A model generated the notes under the pieces. That model made no database searches. It was not told the origin of the DNA and saw only the letters and a list, made by a program, of their open reading frames with translations. Shown here one piece after another: positions 8,177-16,472 of a stretch of 20,000 nucleotides of DNA (the first letter of the stretch is position 1; each line of letters begins with the position of its first letter). The position numbers and the translations under genes are program-made. Origin of the DNA: an uncultured virus (IMG/VR IMGVR_UViG_3300025778_000013) (taxonomy: Duplodnaviria; Heunggongvirae; Uroviricota; Caudoviricetes); the IMG/VR virus record IMGVR_UViG_3300025778_000013; one strand, 5' to 3'.

Positions 8177-8367
8177 AAGACCCATTTATTAACATGGATG
8201 AGGCATCAAAGCATATAGTCGATGCTCTTTCCGTTGCAACAGTATTAGGAACGCTAGTTGATATGCTGCCCTCAATTGCCGCTGTATTTACTATAGTCTG
8301 GACGGCTATTAGGATCTATGAAACTAAAACTGTTCAAGGCTGGCTAGGAAAAGACGATGCCGAGTAA
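8173..8367 (+). CDS. Small membrane protein (holin-like?)
   Basis: ATGA overlap at 8173-8176; hydrophobic segments ALSVATVLGTLV and PSIAAVFTIVWTAI; charged C-terminus. The holin role is speculative. Confidence 0.55.
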   Translation: MKDPFINMDEASKHIVDALSVATVLGTLVDMLPSIAAVFTIVWTAIRIYETKTVQGWLGKDDAE

Positions 8368-9172
8368 AACTTTAAAACAACATAATTTAATGGAAATGGT
8401 AGCCCACAACCCTGCCAAAGCCAAAGAATTAAAGATCCCTCAATCTGTCGGTAAAGATTTTGTTGCTGCAGATAAAGGTAAAAAGTTTAAAGCAGGTGGT
8501 AAAGTAATGCATGACGATATCGCAGAAGATAAGAAATTAATCAAGAGAGCGTTCGGAATGCACGATAAGCAGTTGCATGAAAGTAAGAAAACCGATTTAT
8601 CCAAACTCAAACAAGGCGGAAAAGTTATGAAAATGAAAGAAACAATGGGCCCAAAAAATATGTCTAAGGACGTAGAAAAAGGTTCAAACAAACTAGGCAA
8701 ATTTGGTGAATCCAAAGTGCAAAAACGTGGTCATACCAAAGGTTCTGAAGAGCGTGGCTACAAAACTGAAAAAGTCCAAGGCGGCGCTAAAGGCGGCAAA
8801 GGTATATTCGGTGCAGCTCCTATCAAGATGAAAAAGGGCGGCAAAGTTAAGCGTTACGACGAAGGTGGTGACATCGAGACTGAAACAGCTCAAGGCCAAA
8901 ACAAAAACATTGGTGATGATGTACGCTCCCGTGCTATGGCTGCTATGTCTAACCGTGAAATGGATGTTGGCGGTGGTGGTTCTACAGGCTCTACAGCTAA
9001 AAAATCTGCTCCATCATTTAAAGCTAAAGCAACCAAAGCTGGATTTACATCTGGTGAAACTGGTGGTGGCGCAGCCTTGATGTATCGTAAAGATCGCAAA
9101 ATGGCTAAAGGTGGCGTAACTCGTGCTGATGGTATTGCTTCTAAAGGCAAGACACGCGGAAAGATGTGCTAA
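8357..9172 (+). CDS. Lys/Gly-rich modular protein with repeated hydrophobic-x-x-GG motifs
   Basis: 271 aa with an AGGA RBS; highly basic; five GG motifs. Confidence 0.75.
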   Translation: MPSKTLKQHNLMEMVAHNPAKAKELKIPQSVGKDFVAADKGKKFKAGGKVMHDDIAEDKKLIKRAFGMHDKQLHESKKTDLSKLKQGGKVMKMKETMGPKNMSKDVEKGSNKLGKFGESKVQKRGHTKGSEERGYKTEKVQGGAKGGKGIFGAAPIKMKKGGKVKRYDEGGDIETETAQGQNKNIGDDVRSRAMAAMSNREMDVGGGGSTGSTAKKSAPSFKAKATKAGFTSGETGGGAALMYRKDRKMAKGGVTRADGIASKGKTRGKMC

Positions 9173-9174
9173 TC

Positions 9175-9489
9175 ATGGGTAAGCCACTACAGCAAGACGA
9201 AAACGGCAACATCATGAATGATGTGCAAACCCAAAAGAATCAAAAGGGTTATTCTAATTACGAAAAAGATTTAGAAAATAGTCAAAAACGTCGTGAAGCT
9301 AAAGACGAAAGCATGATGGAGACTATTAATAAAGCTAAGGAAAAGATTAGAAGCGTTTTGCCGTTTAAATCAGGTGGCTTTGTTGACCATAATATGCATG
9401 TTAAAAAACATGCGGCTGGCTTTAAACATCATGATGACCATGTAAAAGCTATGTGTGGTGGCGGTATGGCTAAAGGTAAACGCAAATGA
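9175..9489 (+). CDS. Basic, His-rich hypothetical protein
   Basis: ATG at 9175 just after the upstream stop; FKSGGFV and MCGGGMA motifs; His cluster. Confidence 0.65.
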   Translation: MGKPLQQDENGNIMNDVQTQKNQKGYSNYEKDLENSQKRREAKDESMMETINKAKEKIRSVLPFKSGGFVDHNMHVKKHAAGFKHHDDHVKAMCGGGMAKGKRK

Positions 9490-9737
9490 GACCTTCTCGT
9501 GGAATGGGTGATATTATGCCTTCAAAGATGGGTAAACCTAAGGTTAAAGCTCGTCGGGATAACACCGATTTCACTGAGTATAAAAAGGGTGGCGAAGTTT
9601 GGGACAAACCAAACCCAGCTAAAAAGCATAAAAAGCTAAGCCCAGCAAAGAAAGCTTCTGCTAAAGCGGCAGCCAAAAAAGCAGGTCGTCCATACCCAAA
9701 CCTCGTAGATAATATGAGAGCGGCTAGGAAAAAATAA
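9486..9737 (+). CDS. Small basic protein
   Basis: ATGA overlap; K/A-rich (KKLSPAKKASAKAAAKKAGRPYPNLVDNM); YKKGGEV motif. Confidence 0.7.
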   Translation: MRPSRGMGDIMPSKMGKPKVKARRDNTDFTEYKKGGEVWDKPNPAKKHKKLSPAKKASAKAAAKKAGRPYPNLVDNMRAARKK

Positions 9738-10675
9738 TGGCTGAAACAACCACCGGAACTACGCTATTTAACCTCGATGTAAATGATTTAATTGAAGAGG
9801 CGTTTGAGCGTTGCGGGAAAGAGCTGCGTTCTGGTTATGATTTTCGTACTGCTCGTCGTTCATTAAACCTACTGACTATTGAGTGGGCAAACCGAGGTAT
9901 TAACCTTTGGACTATTGAACAAGGCATTATTACTATGAACACCGGGCAGGCGACATATGCCCTGCCTGTAGATACTATTGACCTTTTGGACACCGTAATA
10001 CGCCAAAACAACGGCACAACTAACCAGATCGACATTAATATCAGCCGTATTTCTGAGTCTACATACATGACGCTGCCTAATAAACTAACACAGGGCAGAC
10101 CAATTCAAGTATGGGTAGACCGCCAATCTGGGCAATCAAACCCAACAACAGTGGTTACAACCGCTAACGTATCATCTACAGATACAACAATTACAGTATC
10201 AGACGTAACTCAACTAGGGTCTTCTGGCTTTATTCAGCTAGACAACGAGATTATTACTTACCCTAACGTGAACACTGCTACTAACCAGTTATTAAATTGT
10301 TTCCGTGGACAGGCAGGAACAACCGCAGCGTCCCATAATATTGGGTCTACAGTAACCGTACAGAACCTACCATCTGTAAACGTATGGCCTACACCTAATG
10401 CACCGGGTAATCAGTATTCGTTCGTGTATTACCGCATGCGTCGCATTCAAGACGCTGGGTCGGGTGGGTTTGTGCAAGATATGCCATTTCGTTTTATTCC
10501 GCCTATGGTGGCGGGTTTGGCGTACCAGTTGGCTACAAAGTTACCAGATATGGATATGAACCGTATTCCGATGTTAAAAGCGGACTATGAACAACAGTTT
10601 CAGTTGGCAGCAGACGAAGATAGGGAAAAAGCTCCGATTCGGTTTGTACCCCGCAATACTTTCTACTACAATTAA
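9737..10675 (+). CDS. Putative head-to-tail adaptor/connector protein with an inserted beta domain
   Basis: TAATG coupling. The N-terminal helices (LIEEAFERCG...ARRSLNLLTIEWANRG), a beta core, and VWPTP and C-terminal helices (AGLAYQLA) fit adaptor-type proteins. Confidence 0.55.
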   Translation: MAETTTGTTLFNLDVNDLIEEAFERCGKELRSGYDFRTARRSLNLLTIEWANRGINLWTIEQGIITMNTGQATYALPVDTIDLLDTVIRQNNGTTNQIDINISRISESTYMTLPNKLTQGRPIQVWVDRQSGQSNPTTVVTTANVSSTDTTITVSDVTQLGSSGFIQLDNEIITYPNVNTATNQLLNCFRGQAGTTAASHNIGSTVTVQNLPSVNVWPTPNAPGNQYSFVYYRMRRIQDAGSGGFVQDMPFRFIPPMVAGLAYQLATKLPDMDMNRIPMLKADYEQQFQLAADEDREKAPIRFVPRNTFYYN

Positions 10676-10681
10676 GATGCT

Positions 10682-11107
10682 ATGCCAAGTAAATATTCCT
10701 CTGGAAAATACGCAATTGCCGAATGCGATAGATGCGATCAGCGCTATATGCTTAAGGAGTTACGTACTGAGATAATTAAAACGCATCCGTTCAACATAAA
10801 AGTTTGTAGAGAATGTTGGGATCCAGATCATCCGCAGTTGTCGTTGGGCTTATACCCAGTTAATGATCCCCAAGCAGTCAGAGGACCGAGACCGGATGTT
10901 AGTTATTTGCAGTCAGGAACAAGTGGTTTACAAATTAATTTAACTGGGGCTGGTCCTGATGGGTTTGGTACTCCAGAGATGGGCAGTAGGATTTTTCAGT
11001 GGGGTTGGAACCCTGTTGGAGGCGCAAGGCTCAATGACTTTGGCTTAACCCCAAATGACTTGATTGCAGTAGGACAAATTGGTACAGTAACGGTAAGTAT
11101 AACTTAG
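10682..11107 (+). CDS. Hypothetical protein with Zn-ribbon-like CxxC...CxxC
   Basis: CDRC and CRECWD motifs followed by DPQAVRGPRPD; 141 aa. Confidence 0.7.
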   Translation: MPSKYSSGKYAIAECDRCDQRYMLKELRTEIIKTHPFNIKVCRECWDPDHPQLSLGLYPVNDPQAVRGPRPDVSYLQSGTSGLQINLTGAGPDGFGTPEMGSRIFQWGWNPVGGARLNDFGLTPNDLIAVGQIGTVTVSIT

Positions 11108-11117
11108 GAGCATTAAA

Positions 11118-11303
11118 ATGGGATTTAAAAGAGACGCTGATGGCGTAACAAAAACAGGTAAAACTAAGGGTAAAAACCTTGGTGATTCAGGTCCATCTGT
11201 AGGTATTCAGACTGGCAAAGGTAGCAAAGGCGCATCAACAGTTACTTCTGCTTCAATGAAAGCTATGGGTCGTAACTTAGCCCGTGCTAAAAATCAAGGA
11301 TAA
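11118..11303 (+). CDS. Small basic protein
   Basis: AGGAG RBS; 61 aa, K/G-rich; ADGVTKTGKTKGK motif. Confidence 0.7.
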   Translation: MGFKRDADGVTKTGKTKGKNLGDSGPSVGIQTGKGSKGASTVTSASMKAMGRNLARAKNQG

Positions 11304-11305
11304 TC

Positions 11306-11614
11306 ATGGCAACTGCAAAGAATGTAAAGCCTACTACTAAAAACAGCCCAGCTGTTAAAGTAGGTAGAAACCCTAATAACAAACCAGCCGAGTCTTATGA
11401 CAAGCGTGGTACTAGTGTTGCCGATTCTAAAGCAGCTACTGGTCACACTATGCGCGATCCAAATACATTACCAGCAAATGAAGTTACCCCTTCTACTGTT
11501 GCTATGAGCGTTTCTATTGGTAATAAAGATCGTGGTCCTAAGACTGACGGTATTGAAACTCGTGGTAACGGCGCGGCTACTAAAGGTCGTATTGCTAGAG
11601 GCCCAATGGCATAA
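11306..11614 (+). CDS. Small basic protein
   Basis: AAGGA RBS; C-terminal GIETRGNGAATKGRIARGPMA. Confidence 0.7.
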   Translation: MATAKNVKPTTKNSPAVKVGRNPNNKPAESYDKRGTSVADSKAATGHTMRDPNTLPANEVTPSTVAMSVSIGNKDRGPKTDGIETRGNGAATKGRIARGPMA

Positions 11615-12306
11615 TGGATTATCAAACGTTATTCTCGCAGGTTCAGGCGTACACGGAAAACATTTTCCCGCCTGCTTATCTTGCTAATGGAAGTTCGGTT
11701 TCTTACACAGACCAGATAAATACTTTCATTCAGCAAGCGGAAGAGCGCATTTATAACACGGTGCAGATCCCTTCTTTGCGTAAAAACGTTACTGGTAACT
11801 GCTCCGCAGCAAACAAATACTTAGCTTGTCCAAATGACTATTTGTCGACTTATTCTTTGGCTATTATTAATACAGACGGCACTTATACTTATTTGTTAAA
11901 TAAGGATGTAAACTTCATTAGAGAAGCGTATCCTAGCCCTACCGTTACTGGTACACCTAAGTATTATGCTTTGTTTGGCTCTAGGCTAAATGATCCTAAT
12001 GAGTTGACGTTTATTCTTGGACCAACACCAGATCAAGGTTATGGCGCAGAACTACACTATTTTTACTATCCAGCATCTATTGTTACTGCAGGCACTTCTT
12101 GGCTTGGGGATAACTATAGTCCCGTATTGCTTTATGGCTCTATTGTAGAAGCCTATACTTATATGAAGGGTGAACCGGATATTGCTGCCCAATATAAGGC
12201 TAAATACGACGAAGCAATGCAGCAATTGAAACGCCTTGGTGATGGTCTTGAACGTGGTGATGCTTATCGTGACGGTCAAACCAGGTTGCAGTACAACAAA
12301 CTGTAG
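11614..12306 (+). CDS. Putative second adaptor/tail tubular-type protein
   Basis: TAATG coupling; INTFIQQAEERIYN, GTPKYYA, LGPTPD and LLYGSIVEAYTYMKGE; helix-beta-helix layout similar to 9737..10675. Confidence 0.55.
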   Translation: MDYQTLFSQVQAYTENIFPPAYLANGSSVSYTDQINTFIQQAEERIYNTVQIPSLRKNVTGNCSAANKYLACPNDYLSTYSLAIINTDGTYTYLLNKDVNFIREAYPSPTVTGTPKYYALFGSRLNDPNELTFILGPTPDQGYGAELHYFYYPASIVTAGTSWLGDNYSPVLLYGSIVEAYTYMKGEPDIAAQYKAKYDEAMQQLKRLGDGLERGDAYRDGQTRLQYNKL

Positions 12307-12335
12307 TAAAATTAACACAAATTTAGGAGCAAGAA

Positions 12336-12770
12336 ATGGCAATTACCCAAGCAATGTGCGATTCGTTTAAGGTTCAAATCCTTAGCGGTCAGCAAAATTT
12401 GGTGTCTGGTTCTTCCCAGACTTATAAACTCGCACTGTACACAAGCTCAGCAACATTGAGCAACGCTACAACTGCATACACAACTGTGAACGAAGTAACA
12501 AGTTCAGGTTCTAACTACACTGCTGGTGGAAACACTTTAACAGTTAGCACAAGCCCAACATCTACTGGTAACGTGGCATTCATGTCATTTGCTAATACTT
12601 CTTGGACTAACGCTAACATCAGTGCAGCGGGCGCTTTGATTTATAACAGCACTGCTAATACCGCTGTTTGTGCATTGAGCTTCGGTAGTACAGTTACTTC
12701 GACTAACGGGACTTTTACAATCATTTTTCCTACTGCCGCCGCAGGATCAGCAATTATTCAGATTGGCTAA
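12336..12770 (+). CDS. Virion structural (tail-associated) protein
   Basis: AGGAG RBS; MAITQAMCDSFK..YKLALYTSSATL..NEV..YTAGGNTL pattern seen in phage tail-region proteins. Confidence 0.65.
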   Translation: MAITQAMCDSFKVQILSGQQNLVSGSSQTYKLALYTSSATLSNATTAYTTVNEVTSSGSNYTAGGNTLTVSTSPTSTGNVAFMSFANTSWTNANISAAGALIYNSTANTAVCALSFGSTVTSTNGTFTIIFPTAAAGSAIIQIG

Positions 12771-12773
12771 GGA

Positions 12774-13355
12774 ATGAAGCTTTGTGTTAAATGCAAAGCT
12801 CAAAAACCTTTAAGCGAGTTTTATAAACGCACTGATTCGCCTGATGGTTATCGGAACGACTGCAAAGATTGTCGTAAATCTGCTTCGCTTAAAAATCATT
12901 ACGATAATCAAGAGCAACGTAAAGCAAGATTTAGAGCGGCACATGCAAAACGTGTTGCGGAAAACCCAAACTTTTATGCCGAGCGTTATGCTAAAAATAG
13001 AGAACAAGATTTGCAAAACTCTAGAAATACATATGTTCGATATGCTGATAAGTGGAAAGCTAAGCAGCGCCTGTGGAGCAAAACCAATCGTGGCATTGCT
13101 AACGCCCTTGGTCGCAAGTACAAGCTTAAAAAAGCTAAGGCTACACCACTATGGTTAACGCCAGAACAGCTTTATAATATGCAATGTACTTACAAAGTTG
13201 CGGCGCAATTGAGTGAGACTAGCAGTGAAAAATGGCATGTTGACCACATAGTGCCTATTCGTGGCAAAGATGTATGCGGGCTTCATGTACCTTGGAACTT
13301 ACAACTATTACCGGCAAAAATGAATATGACTAAAGGAAACAGAGTATGGCGTTAG
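12774..13355 (+). CDS. Free-standing HNH endonuclease with N-terminal Zn-binding region
   Basis: CVKC...CKDC at the N-terminus and WHVDHIVPIRGKDVCGLHVPWNLQLLPAKMNMTKGN at the C-terminus. Confidence 0.85.
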   Translation: MKLCVKCKAQKPLSEFYKRTDSPDGYRNDCKDCRKSASLKNHYDNQEQRKARFRAAHAKRVAENPNFYAERYAKNREQDLQNSRNTYVRYADKWKAKQRLWSKTNRGIANALGRKYKLKKAKATPLWLTPEQLYNMQCTYKVAAQLSETSSEKWHVDHIVPIRGKDVCGLHVPWNLQLLPAKMNMTKGNRVWR

Positions 13356-14338
13356 TCGTCTTCGACCGAGTGAAAGAATCCAGTAATACTTCGGGTACTG
13401 GGACGATTGTTTTAGCTGGTGCGCAAACCGGCTATCAGTCCTTTGCGGTCGTTGGAAACGGGAATACAACTTATTACACCATTGCGGACCAACAAGGATC
13501 CAACTGGGAAGTAGGTATTGGCACGTATTATTCTGGCAACGTTTCTCTTGCCCGTACAACTATTCTTGCCTCATCAAACGCTAATGCTGCGGTCTCTTTT
13601 GGGTCTAACACCAAAGACGTATTTATTACATACCCAGCAGAGAAGTCTGTAAACCAAGATGCTACTGGTAACGTAACAGTAAGCCAATTTTTAACTGCAA
13701 ATAATTTTGTATCTGTTGGAAATACCGCAGTTAGTTCTAATGCTGGTGCTTTTTCTCTTGGCGCTCTTAGTTATTCAGATACTGGCATTTTTGCTTCTTA
13801 CGCAAATACAGCTAATACCTATGTACAAATTATTGCTCAGAACTTAAGCAATGGAACTAATGCTTCTACTGACTTTGTAGTAACAAACGATACAGGTACA
13901 GCATATGCAGACTTTGGTATTACTTCTAGCAAATATACTGGATCTGGCGCACTTTCAGCAGCCAACGTAGCTTATATTTATGCTGGCGCTGCCGATCTTG
14001 TTGTTGGTACAGCAACTGCTAACTCGATTCACTTTGTTGTCAACAACTCTGCGGTTGATGCGTTTACTATTAATGCAAGTGGAGCTTTGGCTGCTAATGC
14101 TTCTTATGGTACTGCTGGTCAAGTATTAACGTCACAAGGAAATGCCGCTGCTCCTACATGGTCTAGTCCTTCTGGCGCACAAGCTGCTGGTAATAGTTCT
14201 ATTCTTTTAAACAACGTAAACATTACCTCAAATGCTACAATAGCTGCTGGACAAAATGGGTTTTCAGTAGGTCCAGTAGCAACAGCAAACGGCGTAACAG
14301 TTACCGTTGCACCAGGTCAATCATGGGTGGTAATCTAA
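13346..14338 (+). CDS. Tail/tail-fibre-associated structural protein
   Basis: N-terminal DRVKESSNTSGTG...WEVGIGTY; a GTAGQVLTSQG fibre motif; A/T/S/N/G-rich; AAGGA RBS inside the HNH 3' end. Confidence 0.65.
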   Translation: MALVVFDRVKESSNTSGTGTIVLAGAQTGYQSFAVVGNGNTTYYTIADQQGSNWEVGIGTYYSGNVSLARTTILASSNANAAVSFGSNTKDVFITYPAEKSVNQDATGNVTVSQFLTANNFVSVGNTAVSSNAGAFSLGALSYSDTGIFASYANTANTYVQIIAQNLSNGTNASTDFVVTNDTGTAYADFGITSSKYTGSGALSAANVAYIYAGAADLVVGTATANSIHFVVNNSAVDAFTINASGALAANASYGTAGQVLTSQGNAAAPTWSSPSGAQAAGNSSILLNNVNITSNATIAAGQNGFSVGPVATANGVTVTVAPGQSWVVI

Positions 14339-15580
14339 ATGAGTACGATTAGCGCAGGAAATACAACTACTACAGCGTTTAAAGTAACGGCTGATACTAC
14401 AGGCAATTTAACGCTTACTGCAAACGCTACAGGTAAAGTTATTCTTACAAGCCCACTTCAATTTGCTGATGGTTCAACTGCTAATACTGCAGCATCTGGT
14501 GGTCCTGGTGCATACCAAGCTATTCAAGCAGCCAATTTTACAGCGGTAGTTAATTCAATTTATGCGGTTAATACTGTGTCTGCTACTGTTTACGCTGCGT
14601 TACCAGCCAGTCCATCTGCTGGTCAATATGTAACTTTTGTTGACTATAAAAGAAATTTTGGTGCAAACCCATTAATAATTACTCCAAATGGTAGCTATGT
14701 AGAGGGTACAACATCAAACTCTACTATTAGTACCAATGGCGCATCTGTGTCGCTTATTTATGCAGATTCAGTTCAAGGCTGGATACAATATTCTGGTATT
14801 ACTCAAGCAGTGGTTGGTGGATATTCTGTTACATATTTATCTGTTGCTGGTGGTGGTGCTGCTGCTGGTTATAACTCTGGCGGTGGCGGTGGCGGAGCTG
14901 GTGGTTTACTTACAAGCACAACCGTTGTTTCTCCTGGGGTTGCTTACTCTATTGTTATTGGTGGGGGCGGATCTGGAACAACTACTGCTGGAACTCAAGG
15001 AACAAATACTACAGGATTAGGAATAACTTCTGTAGGCGGTGGCGGATCTGGAACAAATAGCGGTAATGGAGGTTCTGGTGCTGGCTCAAGCTCTACTAAT
15101 GCTGGTGGATCAGGAACTTCTGGACAAGGAAACTCTGGTGGATCTGGCTCTTCTGGCAATGGATATAACTGCGGTGGTGGAGGTGGCGGTGCTGGAGCTG
15201 CAGGTGCAAGCACAAACAATGGAATAAGTGGCGCAAACGGTGGTATAGGTCTTGCATCCAGCATTTCTGGGTCTTCCGTTTATTATGCTGGCGGTGGCGG
15301 TGGAGCTACTGATACTCGTTCTGGTGGATCAAACGGATCTGGCGGTAATGGTGGCGGAGCTGGTGGCAGTACTAGCGGAAATGGTAGTGCTGGAACTGCT
15401 AATACTGGCGGTGGCGGTGGCGGTTCTGGTTACTCTACAGGTAACAATGGTGGTGCAGGTGGATCTGGAATATTTATTATTTCTTATGCAGGAGCGCAAA
15501 AAGGAACTGGTGGCACAGTAACTTCCGTTGGCGGGAACACCATTCATACATTTACAACTAGTGGTACTTATACGGCTTAA
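14339..15580 (+). CDS. Glycine-rich domain virion protein (paralog 1)
   Basis: N-terminal fibre-like segment (LPASPSAG); C-terminal domain from YLSVAGGG to GGSGIFII...HTFTTSGTYTA with repeated G3-G6 runs. Confidence 0.75.
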   Translation: MSTISAGNTTTTAFKVTADTTGNLTLTANATGKVILTSPLQFADGSTANTAASGGPGAYQAIQAANFTAVVNSIYAVNTVSATVYAALPASPSAGQYVTFVDYKRNFGANPLIITPNGSYVEGTTSNSTISTNGASVSLIYADSVQGWIQYSGITQAVVGGYSVTYLSVAGGGAAAGYNSGGGGGGAGGLLTSTTVVSPGVAYSIVIGGGGSGTTTAGTQGTNTTGLGITSVGGGGSGTNSGNGGSGAGSSSTNAGGSGTSGQGNSGGSGSSGNGYNCGGGGGGAGAAGASTNNGISGANGGIGLASSISGSSVYYAGGGGGATDTRSGGSNGSGGNGGGAGGSTSGNGSAGTANTGGGGGGSGYSTGNNGGAGGSGIFIISYAGAQKGTGGTVTSVGGNTIHTFTTSGTYTA

Positions 15581-15594
15581 CAAAGGAGAAATCA

Positions 15595-16083
15595 ATGGTT
15601 ACTCAAGAACTTCTCAAAAGCCTATTTGACTATCAAGATGGCCATTTAATTTGGAAAGTGCAAAAAGCAAAAAGAACCAAAATTGGATCTGCTGCTGGAT
15701 GGCAAAACATTGATAAACGTGGTCAGCGGTATTTGAACGTTGAAATTAACGGTAAAGCATATAAAATTCATAGATTGGTGTTTCTATATCACAACGGTTA
15801 TCTTGCCAAAGATATAGACCATATTGATGGCAATAGACTAAACAATCGCATAGAAAACTTGCGGGAAGTTACCGAAAGCCAAAATGCGTTTAACAGTAAG
15901 ATTAGAAATACCAATACCTCTGGATACAAAAATGTGTTCAAAGAAAAAAACAAGTGGAGAGTTCAGCTAAGTATTCAGGGCAAGAGTTTGAGTTTTGGAT
16001 CTTTTGATGACTTGGAGCTTGCTGGATTAGTGGCTGAAGAAGCTAGAGATAAATTTCATGGGGCTTATGCCCGTCATTTTTAA
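15595..16083 (+). CDS. Free-standing HNH endonuclease with C-terminal AP2-like DNA-binding domain
   Basis: HRLVF...IDHIDGNRLNNRIENLREVTESQN (HNH) followed by NTSGYKNV...KWRVQL...FGSFDD (AP2-like); AAGGAG RBS. Confidence 0.88.
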   Translation: MVTQELLKSLFDYQDGHLIWKVQKAKRTKIGSAAGWQNIDKRGQRYLNVEINGKAYKIHRLVFLYHNGYLAKDIDHIDGNRLNNRIENLREVTESQNAFNSKIRNTNTSGYKNVFKEKNKWRVQLSIQGKSLSFGSFDDLELAGLVAEEARDKFHGAYARHF

Positions 16084-16094
16084 GGAGCAATAAA

Positions 16095-16463
16095 TTGGGA
16101 CATTTTGCGAAATGTGTAGACGGTAAAGTAACGCAAGTTATTGTTGCTGAACCTGAGTTTTTTAATAACTTTGTCGATAGCTCACCTGGTAGCTGGATTC
16201 AATGTTCGTACAATACCCGTGGCGGTGTGCATTACGGACAAGATGGAAAACCAGACGGCGGTTTAGCATTAAGAGGTAACTATCCCGGTATTGGCTATAC
16301 ATATGACTCACAACACGATGTGTTTTATGCACCTCAACCATTTGCAAGCTGGACTATTTCAGCGCCTACATGGACTTGGCAAGCACCAACACCAATGCCA
16401 ACAGAAGGCGGACCATATCGCTGGGATGAAGCAACTACATCTTGGGTTGAAATAACAGTTTAA
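16095..16463 (+). CDS. Conserved hypothetical protein accompanying Gly-rich tail proteins
   Basis: AAGGAG RBS (16082-16087) with a TTG start; MGHFAK..VTQVIVA..WIQCSYN..RGNYPGIGYTYD..WQAPTPMP..WDE. Confidence 0.75.
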   Translation: MGHFAKCVDGKVTQVIVAEPEFFNNFVDSSPGSWIQCSYNTRGGVHYGQDGKPDGGLALRGNYPGIGYTYDSQHDVFYAPQPFASWTISAPTWTWQAPTPMPTEGGPYRWDEATTSWVEITV

Positions 16464-16472
16464 GGATTTACC

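Noticed and set aside
12770..16095. Group I introns or inteins housing the HNH genes
   Set aside because: Flanking genes are complete with their own starts and stops, there is no non-coding space for a ribozyme core, and no intein splice motifs were seen.
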